Of a DNA stretch of 64,000 nt, positions 57,993 through 64,000 are shown in pieces. The stretch is taken from assembly GCA_964407105.1 (NCBI GenBank), contig CAYOUG010000001.1:164273-228272 (forward strand), in the 5' to 3' direction. Positions within the stretch are counted from its first letter, which is position 1, and every line of letters begins with the position of its first letter. Both the position numbers and the translations under genes were made by a program. Under the pieces are notes generated by a model. That model was not told where the DNA came from. It was given only the letters and a program-made list of their open reading frames with translations, and did not search any database. The DNA is from an uncultured Candidatus Saccharibacteria bacterium. Its GTDB lineage: Bacteria; Patescibacteriota; Minisyncoccia; Phycocordibacterales; CALRHW01.

Positions 57993-58545
57993 GCACGTAG
58001 TATATCAGCCTGTGAAAATTATGAAAATAGTGTATGGTGTGAGCATGAAAAAAACAGTGAAAAATAAAACGCCAGTATATGTAATTCTCCACAATATTCG
58101 CAGTATCCATAATGTCGGTTCTGTTTTTCGCACAGCTGATGCGGCAGGAGTTTTAAAAATATTTCTTACAGGATATACACCTACACCACATGATCGTTTT
58201 GGTCGTATCAGAAAAGATCTTGCAAAAGTGGCTCTTGGTGCAGAAAATTCTGTGGAATGGGAATATGTGAAAAATCCAACAACACTTTTAAAGCGACTTA
58301 AGAAAGAAAAAATTCAGATTATTGCCGTGGAACAAAGTTCGCATGCAATAAATTACAAAAAAGTAAAAATAGATAATGGCGCCGGCGCGACCGCGTTTTT
58401 GTATGGAAACGAGGTCTCCGGTGTCGTGCCGGCGCTCCTCTCTCTGTGTGACACAATTGCCGAAATTCCAATGTTGGGCAAAAAAGAATCGCTTAATGTT
58501 TCTGTTGCAGTTGGTGTTACACTTTTTGGAATACTAGATCTTTAG
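57991..58545 (+). CDS. SpoU/TrmH-family RNA 2'-O-methyltransferase
   Basis: Motifs VILHNIRSIHNVGSVFRTADAAG, YGNEVSGV and IPMLGKKESLNVSVAVGV; start uncertain (57991 or 58045). Confidence 0.75.
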   Translation: MHVVYQPVKIMKIVYGVSMKKTVKNKTPVYVILHNIRSIHNVGSVFRTADAAGVLKIFLTGYTPTPHDRFGRIRKDLAKVALGAENSVEWEYVKNPTTLLKRLKKEKIQIIAVEQSSHAINYKKVKIDNGAGATAFLYGNEVSGVVPALLSLCDTIAEIPMLGKKESLNVSVAVGVTLFGILDL

Positions 58546-58547
58546 TT

Positions 58548-59378
58548 TTAAAAATCGTAACTATACACATCTACAAGTCGGCCTTGAGCATCCCAAAGAC
58601 GAAGTGTGTCTTTTTCTTTATACCAATACGGGAATTTACTATTTAGAAACAAACGCCACTCTGGTTTATAAAAATCTTTATCTTCAACATGCAGTCCGAC
58701 ACAAGCTCCGTACGACATTGTTTTTTCAATATATGCTTTGCAGTATGATGGCAAATTCGGTAATTTTTTTGGTGGAAGTTCACATCTAGAAAATGAATGA
58801 AGGTAGTCCATGCACTCATCGTTATCCTCTACTTTTTTTGGTAAAAAATCTTCATTTTCTGGAAGTGGACACTGAAGCGGAAGAGTGGGTGTAAAAAGAT
58901 ATTTTTCCTCATAATAACCCGTGCATAGATTTGTTCGAAAAGAAAAACTCATCGGTGATTTTCCTGATGAAAGAATAACTTTGTCACCCTTTTTTAAAAT
59001 CATTGTTTGTACTGGTAAAATTTCAGGAAAAGGGGATGCAGTACCAATAACTGCTTTATTTCCGGTTGTATCACTTGTAATAGTCCAACCCGTAAACACA
59101 ATCGGATCTCTAAAAGATGATTTGATTGTTATGTATTCTGATCCGGCAAACGTTCCGGGGTTTTTTATTCCAATAATTCCTACATAATTTTTATATGGTG
59201 AGACAGCGCCAAAATTTGTTGTTTGTGCACCCAACACTTCTCCTTTTGTGCTTTGTGAACTGGATGTTTTTGAGTTAGTTTTTTTTGTAGACGTAAAGAG
59301 CTTACCGTCTTGATAGAGTGTCATGATTATTGCAATAGCAATAATTGTTGTGAGTATAAATGGTCCACCGTTTTTCAT
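58548..59378 (-). CDS. membrane-anchored protein with a lamin-tail-domain-like region and a Cys-rich C-terminal domain
   Basis: N-terminal TM helix; SEYITIKSS..IVFTGWTITSD..KGDKVIL matches the lamin-tail-domain pattern. Confidence 0.4.
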   Translation of the reverse strand: MKNGGPFILTTIIAIAIIMTLYQDGKLFTSTKKTNSKTSSSQSTKGEVLGAQTTNFGAVSPYKNYVGIIGIKNPGTFAGSEYITIKSSFRDPIVFTGWTITSDTTGNKAVIGTASPFPEILPVQTMILKKGDKVILSSGKSPMSFSFRTNLCTGYYEEKYLFTPTLPLQCPLPENEDFLPKKVEDNDECMDYLHSFSRCELPPKKLPNLPSYCKAYIEKTMSYGACVGLHVEDKDFYKPEWRLFLNSKFPYWYKEKDTLRLWDAQGRLVDVYSYDF

Positions 59379-60292
59379 ATTGTATATTTTTTTTGATGTG
59401 TATCGCAGAAATGTGCACTTCGACCGCCAACTATTTTGCGCTCTATTTTGCCTGTACAACCACGCTTACGACACAGTTCGTTTTTCCGTCGATATACGTT
59501 GTGTTCATTTTGAAATTTTCCCATTTCTCCATGAATATTTCGATAATCAGACATTGAGTCGCCACCGAAATCGATGCCTTTGGCGAGCACTTTTTGAGTA
59601 AAACGATGCATTATCCTAAGAGCCTGGTCGGGAATAGCCTTGACGAATGTTTCTGGATGAACACCACTATACCACAATATTTCATCTGAGTAAATATTAC
59701 CAATACCAGAAATTAGTGTTTGGTCCATAAGAACTGTCTTTATTTTTCCTTTAGGTTTTTTGTATAAACGATTTTTGAAAATGGAAAATGTAAATTTTTT
59801 GTCGGTAGGTTCGGGTCCAAGTTCACGAAGGTCAACAGACTGCGCAAGCGTGTCGGTGGAAAGTAGTGTTACCTTTGCAAATTTACGTGTGTCAGAAAGA
59901 GCAACGTGTTTTTTGTTTGAGAGAATAATTACAAAATGTACTCGTGCATTAAATGGGTCGTCGCGCAGTGGCCCAGCGTGTTTAGCAATCCAAGTTTTTT
60001 CATTTTTTTCATACTGTCCAAAAAGTAGGTGGCCGGTCATTTTCATATGCACTAAAATGGTGTGATTTCCTTCCAGATGTATGAGTACGTTTTTACCACG
60101 TCTTCCAACAGATAAGATTTTTTTACCACACACCGCTTTTCGAAAACTTTTAAAAAAAGTTGGATTTTTTATATTTTTTTTACCAATATAAAAACTACTA
60201 TTGTAGTCTGTCCAAACATCTACAATTTTTAGATTGGGCAAGACATTTTGCAAGCCTGTGGCAGTGGTGTGTACTTCTGGTAGTTCTGGCAT
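59375..60292 (-). CDS. mutM: formamidopyrimidine-DNA glycosylase
   Basis: MPELPEV N-terminus and C-terminal zinc finger CxxC..CxxC. Confidence 0.9.
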   Translation of the reverse strand: MPELPEVHTTATGLQNVLPNLKIVDVWTDYNSSFYIGKKNIKNPTFFKSFRKAVCGKKILSVGRRGKNVLIHLEGNHTILVHMKMTGHLLFGQYEKNEKTWIAKHAGPLRDDPFNARVHFVIILSNKKHVALSDTRKFAKVTLLSTDTLAQSVDLRELGPEPTDKKFTFSIFKNRLYKKPKGKIKTVLMDQTLISGIGNIYSDEILWYSGVHPETFVKAIPDQALRIMHRFTQKVLAKGIDFGGDSMSDYRNIHGEMGKFQNEHNVYRRKNELCRKRGCTGKIERKIVGGRSAHFCDTHQKKYTI

Positions 60293-60331
60293 AGTGAGGA
60301 TTATATCCTACCGCATGTTATACTTTTTGCC

Positions 60332-61180
60332 ATGAAACGTACCATTTTTCTGATTATCGCTCTTTCTTTGTTTGGTTTTATGATATACACCGGCAAAGCT
60401 GATGCTCCAGTGCTCGACGCAAAAATACAACAAACACAACAAGAAAAAATTAAAGTTCTTATTGTGGTGGGACATGACAATGTGGTGTGGGGTGCGAAGT
60501 TTGGAGCGCTTAAAGAGGTTGTCCTCAATAGAATTTTAGGGCAATATCTTTTTGAACTTCTTTCTTCAGATCCTCTTTTTGAACCCACAATTACTCAGCG
60601 TGATGGTAAATATATTCCGGAGCTTGCAGATTTCTTTGATACACAAGAAGAAAAAATACATAAATATCGTGCAGAGCTTAAGCAAACATTTATTAAAAAA
60701 GAAGAGCCGGGCGACGTTGATGATATCAAACACAACAAAGTGACTGAGGGTGTGGCTCAGGTACTTTACGGTACCAATATGTGGGCACAAGAAAAAAATT
60801 TTGATCTCATCTTGCACGTACATTTTAATGATTATCCTGGTCGACCACGTACAAGTGCAGGAAAATATTTTGGCTTCGCTGTGTATGTACCAGATCACAC
60901 GTTGCAAAATGCGCAGAAAAGTATTGAGCTTGGAAAAGTACTTCACAAAACTCTTGCAGAATATCAACCAGAAAGTAATTTATTTATTGAAAAAGTGGGT
61001 GTGATAGAAAGTGAAGATTTGATCGCACTCGGCGCAAAAAATAGTTTGAGTATTCCAGCGGTACTTATTGAGTATGCGTATATTGCTGAATCACGACTTA
61101 ATGATGAGCGACGAGAAGGGGAGTTGCGCGCGATGGCAAAGCAAACTTATGATGGGCTGAAGGAGTTTTATCAGAAGTAG
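60332..61180 (+). CDS. secreted N-acetylmuramoyl-L-alanine amidase-like (Amidase_3-like) protein
   Basis: Signal peptide; candidate metal-binding pattern IVVGHDN, LHVHFND, LIEYAYI. Confidence 0.45.
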   Translation: MKRTIFLIIALSLFGFMIYTGKADAPVLDAKIQQTQQEKIKVLIVVGHDNVVWGAKFGALKEVVLNRILGQYLFELLSSDPLFEPTITQRDGKYIPELADFFDTQEEKIHKYRAELKQTFIKKEEPGDVDDIKHNKVTEGVAQVLYGTNMWAQEKNFDLILHVHFNDYPGRPRTSAGKYFGFAVYVPDHTLQNAQKSIELGKVLHKTLAEYQPESNLFIEKVGVIESEDLIALGAKNSLSIPAVLIEYAYIAESRLNDERREGELRAMAKQTYDGLKEFYQK

Positions 61181-61233
61181 GACAAAAAACCAAAACATGT
61201 GTTGAGAAGAGAAAAATAAAAACAGTGGTGTGT

Positions 61234-61306
61234 CTCGCGATACGCGTCAATCGCTGCTGCGATTGCTGCTCCGCTCGGCGCCGTCGCGCCTGCGCGAGTT
61301 CGCTTA
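61234..61306 (+). repeat. family B GC-rich element, copy B3
   Basis: Core ..ATCGCTGCTGCGATTGCTGCTCCGCTCGGCGCCGTCGCGCCTGCGCGAG.. within a 20-bp perfect inverted repeat (61214-61233 / 61307-61326) between convergent genes. Confidence 0.75.
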
Positions 61307-61320
61307 ACACACCACTGTTT

Positions 61321-62589
61321 TTATTTTTCTAACATCTTTCGCAACTCCTCTTCTGCTACTGCGCGATCACTCCACGGTTCTTTTGTTCCACCTGCGCGCA
61401 TGATATATGGATCAGTTCCTTTTCCAGTAATAAGTATAGCGTCACCGGCGCGCGCTTTGGAAATAGCTTTTGCAATAGCTTGTCTGCGATCCATAATGAT
61501 TTCACAGGGTTTTTCAACAATTGCCTTTTTCATTTCCTCCACAATGCTTAAAGGATCATCATCGTAAGGATCTTCGTCGGTAAGAATAATTTCATCACAA
61601 TATGAGTCGGCGATTTGTGCCATTTCTGGTCTTTTCCAAGTATCACGTCCACCACCGGTATTACCAAGTACACATATTTTTCGTTGAGTAGGAAATGCTT
61701 GGTAAAGCTTTTCAAGAGAGTCTGCGGTGTGTGCATAGTCGACAATAACATCAAAATTTTGTCCCATCTCGACACGTTCAACACGCCCTTTGATTGGCGC
61801 AATATGTGAAAGTGCACGGGCGATTGTTTCAACAGGAATTCCCATTGCGTGTGTTACTGTTGCTGCAGCAAGAGCATTGTATATATTAAAAAGTCCCGTG
61901 AGCGGCATGAAAATTTTTGTACCATGAAATGTGAATGTAACAGAATGTTGATTTTCTTTGTTATCAAGCGTATACGGTTTTGCGTCATTAATTGAAAATG
62001 GAACAGTGTGTTTTATTTTTGGTAAAGAAAGATAAAATGTGGATTCGCTATCGTCAAGATTTGCTACCATCCACGTTTCTTTATGCGAACGAGTAAGTGC
62101 TAAAGCGATAGACCTTTTTGCGTCACGGTATTTTTCAAACGAACCATGTGACTCAATATGTTCTGGCGAAAGATTATTGAATATAAGTGCATTAAGTTCT
62201 ATGCCGTGATGACGATATTGTCTCGCACCCTCAGAGGTTATTTCTATTACTGCATGAGTACACTGAGCATTTACTGCTTCCCGTAAAAAATTTTGCATAA
62301 AAAAGCGTCCCGGCATCGACATTTTATACATATTCGGACGACTTTTTTCGGCAATTTTAAAACGAATAGTATTTGAAAGCGCAGTTTTTTTGCCCGCTTC
62401 TTCTAGTATTGCGTTGATAAGTTCTGTCGTACTAGATTTTCCTTTTGTGCCCGTAACACCTATTACTATAAGTTTTTTTGAAGGAAAGCCGTTGAGTATT
62501 GTGCCTGTGTATGCAAGAAGTATGTGATATGCAGGTTGAAAAAAATTAAACATTGGTTTAGGAATAATTTTTTTAAGAAATGAAAACAT
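61321..62589 (-). CDS. Mur ligase family protein (MurE/MurF-like central and C-terminal domains, short N-terminus)
   Basis: GVTGTKGKSST P-loop; C-terminal DYAHTADSLEKL, GGGRD..KRP and TDEDP motifs. Confidence 0.7.
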   Translation of the reverse strand: MFSFLKKIIPKPMFNFFQPAYHILLAYTGTILNGFPSKKLIVIGVTGTKGKSSTTELINAILEEAGKKTALSNTIRFKIAEKSRPNMYKMSMPGRFFMQNFLREAVNAQCTHAVIEITSEGARQYRHHGIELNALIFNNLSPEHIESHGSFEKYRDAKRSIALALTRSHKETWMVANLDDSESTFYLSLPKIKHTVPFSINDAKPYTLDNKENQHSVTFTFHGTKIFMPLTGLFNIYNALAAATVTHAMGIPVETIARALSHIAPIKGRVERVEMGQNFDVIVDYAHTADSLEKLYQAFPTQRKICVLGNTGGGRDTWKRPEMAQIADSYCDEIILTDEDPYDDDPLSIVEEMKKAIVEKPCEIIMDRRQAIAKAISKARAGDAILITGKGTDPYIMRAGGTKEPWSDRAVAEEELRKMLEK

Positions 62590-62600
62590 TGTGGTTTTTA

Positions 62601-63182
62601 TTACATTTTTGAACCCAAAATTTTTAATGCCTCTTTTACTCGTGCGCCAGTATTTTTAATTTCTTTAGAAACTTTTTGCAAAGTTTCCCTCGCTTCATTT
62701 TGTGAATACCCAAGAGATTTAAGTGCTTCTATTACGTCTGAATCTTTTTTAAAATTTTCTGCACCGGCACCGGTTGCATCCATTCCCTCAAATTTTCCTC
62801 TAAGTTCACGCACAATTTTTTCAGCTATTTTTTTACCGACACCGGAAACTTTTGTAAGGTAGGCGGTTTCTCCTGAAGATATTGCCATACGCACAGTTTC
62901 AGGAAGCACCACCGCAAGTACACCGATAGCTGTTTTTGGTCCAATACCAGAGACAGTAATTAGCATCTCAAAAAGATCGAGATCTTCTTTGCTCTCAAAA
63001 CCATATAAATCAAGGGCGTTTTCTCTTACAGCAAGATGAGTCCAAAGAGTAATTTTATTACCTTCCCGCGCATTATCGAGTATCGACGGGGTGGTGGCTA
63101 CTTTATATCCCACACCAGCCACATTTACCACAATATGACGTATATCTTTGTATAACACCACCCCTCGAATTTGAGAAATCAT
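62601..63182 (-). CDS. ruvA: Holliday junction DNA helicase RuvA
   Basis: MISQIRGVV..GVGYKV OB-fold start and HhH motifs GIGPKTA / GVGKKIAEKI. Confidence 0.85.
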   Translation of the reverse strand: MISQIRGVVLYKDIRHIVVNVAGVGYKVATTPSILDNAREGNKITLWTHLAVRENALDLYGFESKEDLDLFEMLITVSGIGPKTAIGVLAVVLPETVRMAISSGETAYLTKVSGVGKKIAEKIVRELRGKFEGMDATGAGAENFKKDSDVIEALKSLGYSQNEARETLQKVSKEIKNTGARVKEALKILGSKM

Positions 63183-63253
63183 GGCTGTATGATAACAGAA
63201 TTTGCCTTTTTGAGCGATATTTGCTACGATGCTTTGACATACAAAATACATTT

Positions 63254-63517
63254 ATGCCAATTACATCATCAGCAAAAAAGGCACTTCGAAATTCTGCGCG
63301 TAAGCGAGTTTTTAATACACGCAAAAAAGACTCTCTTCAGAGTGCTCTTAAAAAACTTCGCAAGCTTGTTTTAGAAAAAAACAAAACAGAAGCGCAGAAA
63401 CAAATGATTTTAATTCAAAAAACCTTAGATAAATCTGCAAAAACAGGTTTAATCAAAAAGAATACCGCCTCAAGAAAAAAATCTCGTTTGGTTGCGATGA
63501 TCAAGAAAATAGCATAG
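63254..63517 (+). CDS. rpsT: 30S ribosomal protein S20
   Basis: MPITSSAKKALRNSARKRVFN.. basic helical S20. Confidence 0.85.
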   Translation: MPITSSAKKALRNSARKRVFNTRKKDSLQSALKKLRKLVLEKNKTEAQKQMILIQKTLDKSAKTGLIKKNTASRKKSRLVAMIKKIA

Positions 63518-63524
63518 ATTGTCA

Positions 63525-63558
63525 CAAAAAATCCCACACTGTTGTGTGGGATTTTTTG
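63525..63558. terminator. bidirectional intrinsic terminator after rpsT
   Basis: AAAAAATCCCACAC-tgttg-TGTGGGATTTTTT. Confidence 0.7.
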
Positions 63559-63789
63559 TTATAGTTTTTGGATTTCTTTTAGATCGTGATCTGGGGCGTA
63601 GAGAATTACCAATCCTATAATTATTCCACCAAGTCCTGTTAAAAAATGTGAACCTCCGAAAAACCAAATATCGATAGAATCAAGAACGTGCCACACACCT
63701 CTCCAAATGAGCACAAGACCCAAAATAATACTTAAATTTTTTGCTAAATACACCAACGTCAACTTTTTTTGATACCCCATATTATTCAT
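63559..63789 (-). CDS. small two-TM membrane hypothetical protein
   Basis: 76 aa with two hydrophobic helices. Confidence 0.4.
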   Translation of the reverse strand: MNNMGYQKKLTLVYLAKNLSIILGLVLIWRGVWHVLDSIDIWFFGGSHFLTGLGGIIIGLVILYAPDHDLKEIQKL

Positions 63790-63840
63790 ATGTTTAAAAT
63801 CCTATCATAATACAAAAACCTAAGCCACCACCCCAAAAAG

Positions 63841-63911
63841 TGCTCTCAGTAGGAATCGGACCTACATCGCAAGCTCCGCAAGCTCGCATTCTATCCATTG
63901 AACTATGAGAG
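63841..63911 (-). tRNA. tRNA-Arg (anticodon read as GCG; atypical T-loop)
   Basis: Hand fold: acceptor GCTCTCA, anticodon stem CGAGC/GCTTG with a G-U pair, loop TTGCGGA, T-loop TCCGATT (C at position 55). Confidence 0.65.
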
Positions 63912-64000
63912 CAAAAATATGTTCACGTTTTATCTATAGGAACACAAGCAGGGTATCACGAAAAAGTTAAAAACCCAAATACTCCATGAGTTTTTGTAGG

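Noticed and set aside
58378-58440. GC-rich palindromic patch (GCGCCGGCGC) inside trmH as an in-frame insertion
   Set aside because: The encoded residues (NGAGATAFLYGNEVSGV..) align to the conserved SpoU motif with no extra amino acids, so it is a codon-usage patch and not an insertion. It is folded into the rny finding.
1-64000. CRISPR arrays, rRNA operons, prophage or toxin-antitoxin modules
   Set aside because: No regularly spaced direct repeats, no rRNA-like conserved stretches, and no phage structural or lysis genes were seen on either strand.

Overview
The window looks like a contiguous piece of a small, AT-rich bacterial chromosome, densely packed with housekeeping genes. Gene content and style (short genes, many secreted or membrane-anchored proteins of unknown function, no biosynthetic genes, weak Shine-Dalgarno usage) resemble a Candidate Phyla Radiation / Patescibacteria genome; this is inference.

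It contains the replication-origin neighbourhood: rpmH-rnpA-yidC on the minus strand, dnaA-dnaN on the plus strand, and DnaA-box clusters (TTATCCACA-like) between them. Other recognisable genes are tig, rsmE, clpP, rny, hup, cca, xth, a xerC/D-type recombinase, rpsO, a NYN-domain protein, a DksA-like protein, comM/yifB, a LysM-M23 peptidase, pcrA/uvrD, rsmA/ksgA, a class A PBP, tyrS, ruvC, yebC, ruvB, ruvA, pilB/gspE, tsaE, polA, a holA-like gene, a trmH-like gene, mutM, an amidase-like gene, a Mur ligase and rpsT. There are eight tRNA genes: Gly-UCC, Pro-UGG, Gly-GCC, Arg-UCG, Lys-UUU and Arg-GCG.

The most interesting regions are:
- An 11-gene co-directional operon (27040-38357) encoding a minimal type IV secretion-like apparatus: a VirB6-like polytopic membrane protein, a PrgI/VirB3-like protein, a VirB4 ATPase split into two ORFs, and a VirB2-like pilin with a C-terminal tandem repeat. 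It has no relaxase or coupling protein and is surrounded by secreted repeat proteins.
- Several families of short GC-rich palindromic elements sitting in the loops of local AT-rich hairpins downstream of genes (family A, four copies of a 63-bp core; family B, three copies). A related GC-rich palindrome is inserted in frame inside polA.
- Four small GC-rich single-gene islets (about 1560-2340, 49040-49790, 52000-53080, 57000-57470). They encode small, mostly secreted or lipo-proteins, with their own promoters and GC-rich terminators, in an otherwise AT-rich genome.
- A tandem pair of M14-like carboxypeptidase paralogs, one of which has lost the His and Glu residues that look like metal ligands.

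No CRISPR array, rRNA gene or obvious prophage was seen.
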